A model generated the notes under the pieces. It made no database searches, had not been told where the DNA came from, and saw only the letters and a list, made by a program, of their open reading frames with translations. This document shows, piece after piece, positions 38,040 through 52,409 of a stretch of 64,000 bases of DNA. Source of the stretch: Chrysomallon squamiferum. Its lineage: Eukaryota > Animalia > Mollusca. The position numbers and the translations under genes were made by a program. The stretch spans positions 2,232,001 to 2,296,000 of the forward strand of contig CM022677.1 of NCBI GenBank assembly GCA_012295275.1, read 5' to 3'. How positions within the stretch are numbered: position 1 is the first letter of the stretch; each line of letters starts with the position of its first letter.

Positions 38040-40995
38040 TGAACCAATATTTTTCCAATTTTGAGCACAGGTTTGAGAATACAGAGAAACGTGTTGTGTA
38101 TAATATTACACTGAGCTGTGTACATTGTCTTTGAATCATTTCACTGCTACTGACCTGTACGTCTGTAGCAGAACAGACAACAGCTGCCAGCGTGAGACCT
38201 GAAACAGGGAAATAAGCTTGTCATCGAATACTATCAATAAACATTACTCCTGCTGTAATTGGATAAAAAAAAAAAATAATAAAAAAAAAGAATAAAAGAT
38301 CCAGAACATAATAGAAATACTGTGCTATCAGATTTTGCTCTGAAAATTACATGTACTCGGATCCTATGTCTAAATTTCACTTTTAATCTCCACATTATCT
38401 TTAATGTGTCAATATGCACAGCAATCAAAATTTAGTTCTACAATTTCATTTTCTAAAAAGAAGAAGAAGAAGAAGAATATAAAAAACACCTTTACATTAA
38501 AGCAATATTAACATAAAAATTAACACTAAAAAAAAAAATCCCCACAAAACAAACACAATAGCAACAACAGCATGATGTTGATGATGGTGATGATGATAAT
38601 AATAATAAGAAGAAGAAAGACATATTGAAATGGACATTTGCTTGTATCAAAGTTAATAATATAAAAATTTGGAATTAAACTAAGACACTAATGAAAATAT
38701 ATCACTATTAAGTTAAGATAAAAAGCAGCAAACTGAATAAATTATGTTAAATCTTGGTTTCCCTTGACAACAAATATAAAATGTAAGACTGAAAATGAGC
38801 ATTAATAAATCGAAAAAAAGATTCTTATGTTGTTTTGATAAAACACAGTAACTGCACATATAACAACACAAACTAACCCATGTCATCTTATACATATGTA
38901 TAATATTATAAATATTTTCAAAATTTAAGAAAATTAATATTTATTTAACTGTTTTTGCTATTGCTATTCTGATTTCAGAAAATAAAAATGATAACCAGAG
39001 CAATAAACCACAGAACACCTGGAATGTTAACAACTAATAAATTATAATAAAATAAATAAATGTTTTTAAAACAGAAGAGAAAAATATTCATCATTTTTTG
39101 TTATTATTTTTCATTAATATATGAAATATAATTGTATAAAGCTTTAGCCAACTATAAGCTTGAACTGAGGAATTACATGGATAAATTTTACTCATAACAC
39201 GTTTTAGAAATCAGACATCAGATTTATCATCTTCAAATTTAACATTAAAAACAGATTCAGCAATTTTCTTGTTTGTTTTTTCTTCTTCTTTTTTTTCTAC
39301 AAATTATTTTTTGTGATACTATAAAAAGTCTTACAATTTAGATATATTTTCTAAATTCTACTATTTTATATTAATATTTCTTTCATTAGTTTTTACTCAG
39401 TCTTCACAACACAAACTAATTCTTGAGACATGAAGTTATTATTATTTTTATATAAATGTAAGTAGTTTATTATACTTACTCAGTGTACCCCTCCACTTCA
39501 GGTCACAACTGATACATCTTGGTTTCATTCCATCTCCAATACAAATATTTCTTATCTGTTTAGCATTTGTTGTCCAGGTTTAGTAGTGAAAATTTTATCA
39601 GCTACAATCTGATAAATTAATAAAATACATAAATTATAACAGTAGCCCTATACACACAAACATACAGTTATATATACACACCCAAACACCAACACACATC
39701 TACCCATACAAACACAGATACTTAAACAATTCATTATCAAGATAGTTGTTATCTAAGCCAGTGATGAAATACCAATATATATAGCATGAGTCAGTGTTTA
39801 TGTGTGTGTGTGTGTGTGTGTAAAATGTATGGACATGGGTGTTTTTATATATATGTGGTGTGCACCAGTGTATATATACATGTTAACGAATATGATTAAG
39901 CCGAATATTATTGATTGATAAGGTTACTAGCATTATTTAATTATTAAGATATTCTAACAATTTTACATTTTCTTATATAATGACAACCACAAATAAATGT
40001 TAATTATTAAATTCACACCAAACAAATGTTGGAGTCTTTAGAATTTACATATTTAATTGAAAATGAAAAAAAATGAGAAGGACATGAAACTTTATCAGCA
40101 ATGAATCAATAAAAACAAATCAAGTTTACCTTTGGTAGATCTAAAAATAGTTGATGTGATGTTTTAATGACTGGTAATGACTTACAAGATTTATATTTTG
40201 TGTTTTTCATTTCTACAGCATTGATGAGTCACATACATCACACTAGTGACCTCTCATATTGTGATAGCCACACTTTGAACATTCTGAAATAATCACACTA
40301 AAACAAGTAATAATAAAATTAACTGTAATAATAATAACATATATAATAAGTAATAATAAAATTAACTGAAACAATAATAAAATATGTAATTAGTAATAAT
40401 AAAATTAGCTGTAGTAAGAATAACATACGTAATAAGTAATAATAAAATTAAGTGTAATAAAAATAACTTACATAACAAGTAATAATAAATTTAACTGAAT
40501 AAAAATAGCATATGATAAGTAATAGTAAAATTAGCTGAAATAACAATAACATATATAACTAATTTTAGAAAAAACCATAAGACTAATTAATTGAATAACA
40601 AAATAATAATATATTATTTACAATAAAACAAACAAAACTTAGAATACAAATAGTGTAGTTCAAAAGCTAAAATAATAAAACAGAAATTTGCAAAGGAAGA
40701 TAACTCTAACACATAAAATAAAATGTGTTACCTGGAGAAAACATAAGAACTGACTACACAACCAGTGATGTTGCCATGGTGAGGGACAGTGCTGATATAT
40801 GGTGAAGCACTGGTGACTAATATATTTGTTTTGCCATGTTCTGGATAAACTAAACTAACTAAATAAATAAATAAATAAATAAGAAAACAGGTAAGTAACT
40901 ATAGAAAATAAATACACAAATAAAAGGTAGTCATGTACATATACATATTGAAATGTATTGCTTGACACATGTGCAAACACACAGACACACACACA

Positions 40996-41051
<56 letters not shown>

Positions 41052-42456
41052 TTATTTACTAAAGATATTGCAACATATTTAATAAATATTTAATTTGATT
41101 TTGTAAAGTTAATTTATTAATTACTTATTTATCAGTATTATTAAAGTATTTACAGTAAGGTGATACCATTTGTTTAGTAACATTTATGTGACAACTGATT
41201 ACATATTAAAATGATTAATCTTAAATTTTCTCACTCTTGGTTTTACACCAATCTCAGATCTCTTCTCCCAATATGTGACTGCTTCTATCAGTTCTACAGA
41301 GTAATAATGTTCTGAAATCATAAAAGTTAATTATAAGTATAATATTACCTGAGTAGGATCCAACATTATCCATGTTTTATCTTGCAAACCAACATTCTTA
41401 AACAATCCTCTCAAAAACAAACACACACACACACACACACACACAATAAGAATTATAAAATTCTAATAAACATAATATAGACAAACTTACAATAGTTGTA
41501 TAGTCTGTTGTTTTCCATAATGTTTAGGTACAAAACTCTTCCCAGTGTGAGTTGATTTCAGTTTCCTGGTCTCAAAACTAACAGATGTTAAACCAGGATG
41601 AAATAACAGAGTTCTGTTATAGAAGCTGTAAATAAATTAGAATAAAAATGAATATTTAATAATATCTCTGTACTTTTTTAATGTTACTGGTTATCATTAT
41701 TTATATATGAAGAATGATTACTATTAAAGAAAACTGTTAATATCATGTTAACATTTTTAAATATTAAAATTTGTTAAGTATAAAACTAAATTTATAAATA
41801 GAAATTGTACAAAGAGAAATTCCTCTGTGAGAGTTCTTTACTGGCAGATAAAGGATGTTTTACATGCAGCTTCAAAAGACAGGAATGTACATCAGACTAC
41901 AATAATGATTATTCCAATAATACAAATAATAAAGGATGATGATGATGATGATGATGATAATAATAACAAGAGTAATGATAATGATAGAAAAAGAAGAAGA
42001 TTGACAAGAATAATAAGCTAAATAGTAATAAAAAAAATCTTGTGATTCTTTTGTCTGCAGTAAGTTTTCAACACTGATGTGAACCCTACAACAGTTTAGT
42101 TCATAATAATACATATACAACATTAATAGTAATCTGAATACAAATAACAAAATTCTGAATAATAAAATTAAAAAAAACAAACTGGATGAAAATTCCTCTC
42201 ACAATTTAGTTTATAATAATACATCTTTAACAACTCATCTGAATGAAAATTCCTCTCACTCTTTAACACTCATCTGAGACCTGGTCCATAACAAGCATAC
42301 ATGAACATTATTTGTTCTTCACAACTTGTTAAAAACTTACCTTTAATGAAGACAGCCCTTGATCAACGGTGACCAATTTAACTGCTTTGACTACAGGTGT
42401 TTGTGTAAGAACAGAACATCCCCAAGTCATCACTGCAGGAAACAGTTTCATATCCT
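38040..42456 (-). pseudogene. MARS1: Methionyl-tRNA synthetase pseudogene fragment, copy A (longest)
   Basis: Exons at 42341-42456, 41491-41625, ~41349-41410, ~41234-41311 (ELIEAVTYWEK, cf. EIAMAVTAWEK), 40732-40840 ([26 protein letters not shown], cf. [26 protein letters not shown]), 40130-40283 (CSKCGY..RG.*CD..LINAVEMK..LFLDLPK), 39480-39608 (WTTNAKQI...GDGMKPRCISCDLKW) and ~38040-38198 (LLSVLLQTY, cf. LLSVMLQPY). Stops, frameshifts and many absent exons. Confidence 0.95.
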
Positions 42457-43149
42457 CTGTAGAGAAAAATAAATTTAAAATGAATTAAATATTTAAATAC
42501 ATAGTGTGTCATAAGATATTTTAACCATTATACAAGCTTAATGGGACAAATTAATCAAAATAAAACACTTCAGATGATGTCAGTAACTGAATAAGAGAAA
42601 ATATTAATATACACTTAAAAAAAATAATTAAAAAAAAATAATAAGAAGAACTGTAGATGATATCAGTAATTAATTAAAAGCAAAACAATTAATATCAATG
42701 ATAATTAAAAGAAAGAAAAAAGAAAAGAAAAAATAACTACATAAATAAATAAAAAAATTAAATCAAAACAGATCCATATGAGTCTGTTAATTAATGTTGA
42801 TAATACAACATTCAATTCTTTTGAGTTTGTGTGTGTATATCTATCTGTATATTACTTCAAAGGTGGAAGTACTGATTTCGTTTGAGACAATGATATAAAA
42901 GATTATTATGCTTACATGTTATCTCAAAACACATAACAATACTACCAATAGGAGCGATTTTTAAAATAAAATTCAATATTAATATTATCTGAAAATATAT
43001 GTAAATTAAGAGGTCATAATAAAGATTTTAAAATATTAGTGCATGATTGTGGTTTCAGAAACTATATGAAGAAAATTTTAAACACAGCCCAACAAAAATA
43101 AATAATTTCAACAAAAGAACCTCCATTAACACAAAATATATCTCTCACA

Positions 43150-44345
43150 TGATAAATATCTAACACAGACCTTTCCATTCTTGTTTGTTTTAATGATGTT
43201 ATATTCACCTTCACCAGTGTGTCCAGTTCACCACTGATTTAACACTAACAGCAAACACATTGCAGCATTGAGTCAATGAGAAGTTGTAAATGAGTTGAAT
43301 TTTGACCACCACCCTAAACTCACAAATTACAATAACTAGAAAACCTCCAATAACTCAATATTTACAACTGAAAGATATTTCACCAAAGCAGACTGGGAAG
43401 GATTCTACAAAACATGGAAACATATTAAACAAAAAAAACACAAACGAAACTGACACACATTGCACATCTCTTACCAACATGATAGAATCAGCTGTCACTG
43501 AACACAAAACCCAAAACCAAAACAAACAAACTTGAAAAATACAAAATAGTCAAAAACTTGAGTAATAATACTTGGTCTTTTTAATGTAAGTTGGTAAATA
43601 GAAAAGATACCAACAGACTGGAAACTTGCATAAACCTTACAAATACCATTCACTACCAATCAACTGCAGACCAGTTACACTAACATCACACATGTAAAAC
43701 CCTTGACACACTGGTAAAACACACACCTGAACAAACACTTAAAAAAAAACAATTTAACAAGTAAACAACAAAACACTACAACAGTTTACTAAATTCCATT
43801 CAGTAAATCAAACAAAGTAATTACAGTTTTAATAGATTTCTGGTGTGCAGGCAGATCTCTAAACAACCAAATACAAACATACCTAAACAACTTGAATGAC
43901 TGCCTTTAAACTGAGAGATAAAGATTTCACTTAGACAGTATCCCTCCTCTCTAATAAAGTAAAAGAAAAAAAGAAAGAAAGATAACAGCAAAATAACACT
44001 AAAAATAGATATCCATTTAATAACAAAGAAAATCATTCAAATTTTTAGTAGTCACATTTGACAGTCAACTTCAGATGCCACATACAGAAAATAATCACAT
44101 CTTGTAAAAACTTTTACCAACTATCACACTGCCTGACATACAACACTTGAAATACAGACAAAAACCTACACATACTAAAATACTGTTAAAATCCATTCTC
44201 AGTAGCAAACATCTCATGAAGGATCTAGGCCCTGATCAACCCTTTAAAACTCACCTTTCACTATAATCTAGTTTTTAAACAACAGTCAGCCATATTGAAA
44301 TGGAGACTGGTGTGGGTGAATGTTGCAATCAGCAAATAGTAAAGA
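43150..44345 (+). mobile_element. Degraded non-LTR retrotransposon ORF2 fragment (end of APE endonuclease to start of RT)
   Basis: Motifs in the expected order: T.DLTLT (~43230), EVVNELNFDHHP (SDH motif, ~43280-43315), YFTKADWEGF (~43375-43405), SLTNMIESAV, and GPDQ (~44228). The strand is strongly A/C-rich. Confidence 0.7.
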
Positions 44346-45009
44346 AATAAAATAAACATTAGTTACACCTTTCATCATAAAAACCCAAAATCATTTTAGT
44401 AACAAACTACATAACAACAACATTACCAGACTCAGAATCAGATAGTCCACCTATCTAAACACAATCAAATTCAAACAGAAAATCATTTTAGTAACAAACT
44501 ACCTAACAAACAGACTTTGAATTAACAACAACCTAAACTCAACAAATTCAAACCAAAAAATCATTTTAGTAACAAACTACCTAACAACCTTACCAGACTT
44601 TGAATCAGCTACTCCACCAATCTAAACACAATCAAATTCAAACAGAAAATAAACACAACACCAAACTGAAGCTGTGGAATTTCTGAAACCATGAAACATT
44701 ACTTATTTCTCTGTCCACATTTTTCCAGTGACCACCTAATGCTACATGACACATTCAATAAATTAAAAATTGAATTTCCATTAAAAAACATCTTGATAGC
44801 AACAGTGAAAAACTGAGAGCCAAACTTTAATTCAAACAAATAAATAAATGTTTGACTAAATAAATTCAAAAACATAACATAAAATAGCACAGACACATAG
44901 GTTAAAAAAATAAATAAATAGCATACCCAGTAACAAACAAAACAAAAACCAAATACACCAGCACAAAACAATTATATAAATTATTAAATTAACAGATCAA
45001 CTGACTCAC

Positions 45010-45572
45010 CAGCTGATAGATTTGCTGACACAGAGTTTCAGAACATATTTTAAAAATTCCACATTTTCTTGACACAAGGAAGTAAACTGGTTCTGGCTGG
45101 AGTGGGCTTTTGGAATGTGAACTTTCTGTACTGACACGTAAAACTGAAGAAGACAATTAGCTTTTTCTTAAAAATAAAAATTAAAACAAAATGTAAAATA
45201 ACAAACAAAAACATACTGCAGTATAAAATTAATTAATCTAAGAATTAATACAATATCCTTATAATTATATTTACTCCTTTAAATATGTTTCAGAACAGAT
45301 TCCAGTAAATATTACTTAATCTGTTACAAAAATTACACATTATTCAAATGAATTCTTACCCTGTGCAGTAGCAGTCTGTTGATTCTCCCTCCAAAGTGAA
45401 GATTTAGTCTCACATGCAGACAGTATTTTCAAATTACTCCCTTTGAATCCTGCTACTGACTCGGACAAAATTAGTCATAATCTTGAGGAAAATGCTGCAG
45501 AAATTGAATTATCCTTTTCTCTCTCGGAGTTACCATTCAGTCTGCAGTGCTGTGAGTTTGTTCTGACTAATG
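45010..45572 (-). pseudogene. Two spliced exons of uncertain identity (possibly the MARS1 N-terminal GST-like region)
   Basis: Clean AG/GT boundaries at 45360-45572 and 45010-45143. The joined frame reads ..SRL*LILSESVAGFKGSNLKILSACE..TATAQ|VLRVSTESSHSKSPLQPEPVYFLVSRK.. with one stop. Resemblance to the MARS1 N-terminus is weak. Confidence 0.4.
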
Positions 45573-46007
45573 CTGTAAAAAAGCAATAAAATATATAAGC
45601 AAACACCAGTAACCCCCCAAACACACACACCTCCAAATGTCCTCTATACAAATGAAGGAGAAATGACAAATTAATACAATTTTGTAAAAATCATTTTAAT
45701 GAGTCTTGTTTATCCAGAAAAAATATATTACAACTGATTTAACATTTAAATTTTTTTTATTTCCATAGTTAATTCTGTCACAGTATCTAATAAATAATAT
45801 TATTCTAGAAAAACTTACTTTTTTCTTCTTCTTCTTATGAATATCTATTACTGACATTTTCAACTTGAGAAAAAAATGTCATACTGTCTTTCAAGCCGAT
45901 CATTATGCTCGTTATGTCAGTAAGCACAAGGCTCGAAATTTAAAAAAACCCCATTATGTTTAGTCGCCTAAAAAGTATTTTTTGGATCATCTCTTTTTTT
46001 TCTATAA

Positions 46008-46234
46008 GTTATAACACAAGAGCCACTATTAATAATTTTACAGCAAATATTTATTTCACATAAAAGGTTTGTTCATAGTTCGATCATTTAAAAGTATCGG
46101 CTTACCTTAATTAGTGAACATCTAAAATGAAATACTAAAATTCTTTATTAATTAAAATCGCCACAAACATTTAGTCCTAGTTATACAAATCAGCTGGTAA
46201 TACATTTTCAAACAAACCTTGACAAAAATGGAAT

Positions 46235-46281
<47 letters not shown>

Positions 46282-46733
46282 TTATAGTATTATACGCTTG
46301 GATTTTTCAAAAGAAATAAAAATTAAAGCAAAGTGAAATGATGACAGTGAGTAAAGTTTAGCGTGTGAAAACGAAAAACAATAGCAAATACAAGGTTATA
46401 GAGTTATCTTCCATGATAACTTGTTCCGTTAACCAACCGATAATTATTAACGTAACGCTCTAAAAAGTTTGCTAAATTTGTTCGTTGGCTTTACTTTAGC
46501 CATTTAAAGGTGGAATTTGTTAAGAAAAATAATAGCAACAAATAATTTCAGAGTTATCTCCTATGATAATTTGTTCCGTTAATCAACCGATAATCCTTTA
46601 ACGTACTGTTTATAAATTGATGTTAGCAAATTATGTAAGCCGATACGTCCAACATATGGAACTATGGGAAATCGTTTTATGTGAAATAAATATTTCGATA
46701 AAATGATTATAAAATTATTATCTTGTGTTATAA
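46008..46733. repeat. Diverged inverted repeat (~100-bp arms) enclosing a ~55-bp direct repeat; MITE-like or promoter-like
   Basis: 46008-46105 (ttataacacaaga..aaatatttatttcacataaaa..catagtt..gtatcggcttac) is the reverse complement of 46635-46733. Internal agagttatct.c.atgataa.ttgttccgttaa.caaccgataat occurs at ~46400 and ~46550. Confidence 0.8.
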
Positions 46734-47436
46734 TTAAAATATCCTAAATAGCTCCCCGATATGATAATCAGTTGTATTAACCATAAGTGAGAATGTTGAT
46801 CCAGATATCACTTCTCCCCTTCCATTTACTTGTTGTCCTTTTATTGAGACAGAGCGGGATGTGAATATGACACTTGATGCAGGAGAGATCTGTATTATTA
46901 CTTTTGTTCTTCTTTTTTTTAATTTTAATTTTTATTTTTTATGTTTTATTGTCTTTGCAAACAATAAATATTTTGAGCTGATATTATTCTATTGTAAAAA
47001 TATAGTTTAAGCGCATTTTAGGTATTTTCTCAGAACAGAATGTTAGAAGTCGAGTTAAACAGACAGAGTAGTAATTTTACATCTCTATAATTATTTCTGA
47101 ATAGAAGGTGTGGCTGGGATTTGATCTCTGAGCCTGTTAGTTCAATAGTTGGATGATAGCACTCACTGTTAAAATATATATTTGTTTGCGTTACTATTGC
47201 AGAATAATTAATGAATGATTGTAATAAGTGAGGAAATGTATGAATTTAAAATATGAGGCAAAAGCCAGAATGTTACTGGGTCTTTTTTTAATTTTTCTTT
47301 TTGTCCTCATGTTTCTGTTTCACTTATACATTTGTTTTTTCTCTTTGATCATCTTCCTCCTCCATTTGTGTTTTTTCTTTTTTTTTTTTTTTTTTTTTGC
47401 CATCAGTTTATTTTTCCTTGGATTATTAGTATTAAT

Positions 47437-47523
<87 letters not shown>

Positions 47524-48144
47524 GTTGTTGTTGTTGTTGTTGTTGTTTTTGTTATGATTATTATTGTTTTTTTTATTGTTATTGCCATTATTATCGCCAT
47601 TATTATCATTTACTATTATTGTTATTTTTAAAAATAAATATAATGTTTTCCGTTTCTGATGTTGCTTTGTTTCTCATTATTAATGCAGTTTTCAGATAAA
47701 TTTGAATGAATTGTTACGAATGCAGTAAACATCTCTTCTGTAACAGTAATCTAAATATTCCAGTGAAGAAATGTGTGTATGTTGTTTATAATTTTCATTA
47801 TAGTTTGTTATTCTTGAACTCGGTAGTCTCAGAAAAACATGCTGTGTTGGTTAAACAAGTGCACACTTCAGCATCAAACCTATCTCTGAAAATATATCCT
47901 TTTTCATAGAACATGATTACTGTAAACACTCGTGTGAAAACAACTGTGATTTCTTCAAGTGAGGATAATGTAAATTCTCTTAACCCACTTGATCGCTGAC
48001 TGTAAATCATAAAACAAAAGACCTGAATTAATATGAGGAACACGTTTTTATTAGTTTGCGTATATTTCAATAAAAATATTCAGGCATTTTATTTACACAT
48101 TCATATTCACAAAATAAATTTAGATAGTACAATTTTACATTTTT

Positions 48145-48191
<47 letters not shown>

Positions 48192-51121
48192 GACAGAGAC
48201 ACACATAATCACATGCAGAAAATTATAACACATATTTCATGTTCTGAAGAGTTTACAAAATAGAACCTTTAATAAAAAGGTTAGTATGTGGCAACATAGT
48301 AGCAAATTAAACGTTTAAGACAAACATATTCAGATATAATCAACTATATTTTGATATAATTAAATATATTTTGATATACTTAAGTATATTTTGATATGAT
48401 TAAATATATTTTAAATTGTTTACTGAAAAATCATTAACTGTTGTCTTTAATATTCAGTTATTTTATTATTAATAATAAGACTATACAGAAACGCGTGAAG
48501 TTCTAGATGAATATTGTATTTACTGTTGTATTGATATTACTGAAAATTAAATGTGACTTTGTTTTATGACCGCAGTAACATGTCATTCCGCGACACAATT
48601 TACATCTCTCCCTACATGAAATTACATGATTAATCTAAAATTCAGCTAGTATTTATCAAATTATGTAATTAAGAATATATCATTTTTTTTTTTTAAACTC
48701 TGAGAAAAGTAAGTTAATAATCTAGAATGAAATTCCATATTTATTCAATATAACCTATAATCTCTAATTAATATAATTTTTAAATGCCATATAAATAATA
48801 CAGACGTGATAAAACTAGGGTTTTATTTTGTTATCGATTGGGTAACATTATCGGTGTAAACAGCGATGTACTTTAGTTAAATGTGGTTTTATAAAAGTTC
48901 ACGATTTCTCATGTAATTATATTATAAATAAATCAATTTATTATTATTATTATCATTATTATCTAAAAAAAAAAAAAAAAAAAAAAGTGTTTAGTTTTTA
49001 TCTCGACAGAAACAATACACTAAGAATAAATCTGATTTCTCTAATTTCACGAGGCCTAATAAAAAATTCGAAGTAATTTTTATATCCGCACTCAGAACAG
49101 TTCTAATGAAACTAAGAGAATAGCGTCAAACATATATAGGAAGCTTCTGTTTTTACAGAAAAATAAAAATATTAAGTGCAGATATTTAATATTGTTGTTG
49201 TTGTTGTATTTAGCTGTTGACAAAGACAAATATGGTGTCTGCTTCACTGACTCATTGATAATTACTGGTGGAGTGGTTATTTTAATATCTAATAATAATA
49301 AGGTATAATAAGAAATGTAAAATATATTACACTATACAGCTTGCGCTGATGTACACCTTGTAATGAAAAAAATAAACTTCGCATAATAAAATAACATGTT
49401 CACCTTCTTTTTCTCATCTAATCAGTACAAACTGTCGTGATTCCAGGGAATTAACACAGATATTTTTCAATATAACCTGATATAAATATACGATAATTAA
49501 TAAAATATGAGATTAACATTTCTCAACATAATTAACCTTCAAACTGTAAATATCACTGCTCATAATTAATTTTCATCTTTTTTTTTATAAGTAACGCCAT
49601 GTATAATTATTATTTATAACTGTCAGTAATGTCTACTATATTAACTGTGGTTATTTTCTGTAGTGTACATAATATTTAAGTTCCACGTACAGTAAAATTA
49701 CACCTTTCTATTATATGATTTCGAATTAGCAAAGTAAAATATCACGTTACTTTTACTAAAACGGACACTTCGAAGCGGTATTTGAATTTAGTTGCACAAT
49801 GTTCTCGATATATTTTGACGTCACATACAAAGCTACTATTATTTTTAAAAATTACAACACGGAAGTTCAATCTGTATTTTTGAATGTTCACAGTGAAATC
49901 ATACCTGTAATTTTCAGTGTTTTCTAGTATAACTAACTGAATATCATCTCATTCACGAAAGATAGTTGAGAAATTTAGAAATAAAGAGGCCTTCCAAATT
50001 CCTAATTGCTCTGTTACTATCAAAATCAGCATTGGTTTTTAGTTGCACCTCAAATGATAATTAAATATTGATTTTCTTTTTGTAGACAGGTGTGTATTGA
50101 AAAGCTGAGGTTTCTCTGTTAAATATTAGCAACTAATTAATGATATTCATCTTGATATTTCTAGTTGAGAAGTACAGTGAATATTCAGGAATAAAATATC
50201 GCAACCAGATAAAAATGTTATTTCATTAGCAACTGTGATATTAATGTGATATTTCTCAACGTAATTTATGCTGTGTTTACTATATCATGTCAGAATAATT
50301 ATTTACTCAGCAAAAGTAACGTAGTGTTTTTGTTAAGACAATGTTATTATTTTTTTAGAGACATATCTAAAATAAAAAAACTCTCTCAGTTGAATTCTGT
50401 ATAATTTGCTTAATAAACGCTAATATCATCAAATTTAAATGGACTTTTTATTTGAATCATCTGAACTTCATCAACATTTTTAGGTTTATTAAACTATTTT
50501 TATTAGGATATATTTGTTTCACAGGCATTATTAAATTTAGAAATAATTTTATTACCATCGATTTATATAGGTTTCGTCGGAAATTATATATATATATATT
50601 TTTTATTATAGCACAAAACATATTTATAATTAGACATGTAGTGCTGATATTTAACTTTTTTCTAAACTGAGAAGAAATGGTAGCTAGTCTGGAAGGATAT
50701 TCATAGGTATTCAAGATATCGGCGGACTTCTCTTACAATTTACACGGTCGGTGTCACCGCTATTCTCTAACTATGAATGTTCTGTGTAACACAATGTAAC
50801 GAAAATCCTGTGTAAACTACTTCATAAATAGTGCACACGTTTTTAAAATTTATTTTTGTAACTCAGTGGTAAAATGAACAGTTCAAATAGCGTTATCCTT
50901 AAGTAAAACTGACACCTCATTTTTACTTGTTTATAGTTATGAAATGTTTGTATGATTTATTAGTGAAAATATCGGTATCCTTAATTAAAAATTTCTTGCT
51001 TGTTTATAATTACGGGATCTTTTATGATTGATAGTGTGAACTGCTCCCGTTATACAAAATACACGTGATAGCTTTGTATTCATAATGGAATATCATTTAA
51101 GTTTTCTTCTATTTTCTTATA

Positions 51122-51171
<50 letters not shown>

Positions 51172-51949
51172 GAAAATTAAAATAAACTGAAAGTACGCTC
51201 TATATTTCCCAAAATACAGGTATTCTCTATAATCGATGTTCTTACTTGAAATTATCATTTTAATCTGTAGTGTAATATAATTTATGAAATTAATGTTGCA
51301 CCTGATAACGTGTTCTGCTTTTAGTAGAAGGTAAGAATATAGAGAAAGGTGCAGATCAATAATGTTGTCTAAAACTGTTTGAGATGTAAAGGAAAAGTTG
51401 AGTGGGCGCGAGGTTAGACTGATACATTTTTTATTAATTGAATACAAACTATGACACGGTCATATCAACATTTTTTATTCTATATCTATCTATCTATCTA
51501 TCTATCCACATACATATCTATCTTTCTATTAGTCTATAATCTCTTGTTGGTTTATCTATCCGTTGAACAAAAATGCATCAAATCATCTCTGATTCCTTTC
51601 CCTGCATCCAGAATTTCCTGAATGTCTGATGAACATCAGGTGTAACTTTCACCACCTTCTTTTGTACAGTGTAATAAAATTAAGAAGTAATTTCAATACC
51701 CATCCCCAGCACGATTTGTAGACGTAAGATATTATTGTAAAGAGACGGACAGGACGTCTCTCGGTGGCCTTGAACAACGTAGACCTTCCAGTTGTAACTA
51801 AACATAGATTACTGGTGACAAATGAAAACAGCCACTGAAAGAATTCAGTTAAAATTAACTGATCATTTTTCCATTTCTCAACCCTTTGTTAGCTTTCTTC
51901 ACATTTGTTGTTAAACATTTAAACTTCTGTTCATGTTATAGCATAACGT

Positions 51950-52366
51950 TTGAAGAATCTTATACAGAATTGGTGTAATTGCAACAAAAAAGTTGCTTAA
52001 AGTATTTCATTTTGTGAAGCAGACAGGTAGTACTATTAATTATTATAGTTGTTAATGAGTTTGGATTATTTTATTTAAGTATAATTTAAACATCACAGCC
52101 ACCTGATGGCAGCCATCATATTCGGAAATAATATTTATTTATTATTTATTTTATAATTATATATATATTTTTTTTCTTTAAATAACGACACTCGATTAAT
52201 AACAAAATTCGCCAGTGTGTGTACTAATGTGAACAGCATATACAAGAAATGTTTTACCAATCACTGTGTGGCCAGTAATTAAATTTGTTTTAAAAGAAAT
52301 TGACTTGTGTAGCACACACCAAAGTAAACACCATACAACAACTATGTGTCAACTCACATTTTTTTT

Positions 52367-52409
<43 letters not shown>

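Noticed and set aside
38040-42456. Functional MARS1, CAMSAP or VPS13D genes, possibly using a variant genetic code or RNA editing
   Set aside because: All three stop types, frameshifts, altered motif residues, mutated splice sites and missing essential exons occur. This is neutral decay, not recoding.
47228-47631. Hydrophobic or homopolymeric ORFs (poly-I/L/N/Y, RE, HT, CV) here and throughout
   Set aside because: Translations of microsatellites and AT-rich low-complexity DNA.
51560-51946. GC-richer block as the missing P4HA catalytic domain
   Set aside because: My translations showed no recognisable P4HA C-terminal motifs (GGATVFP, FWYNL, HAACPV).
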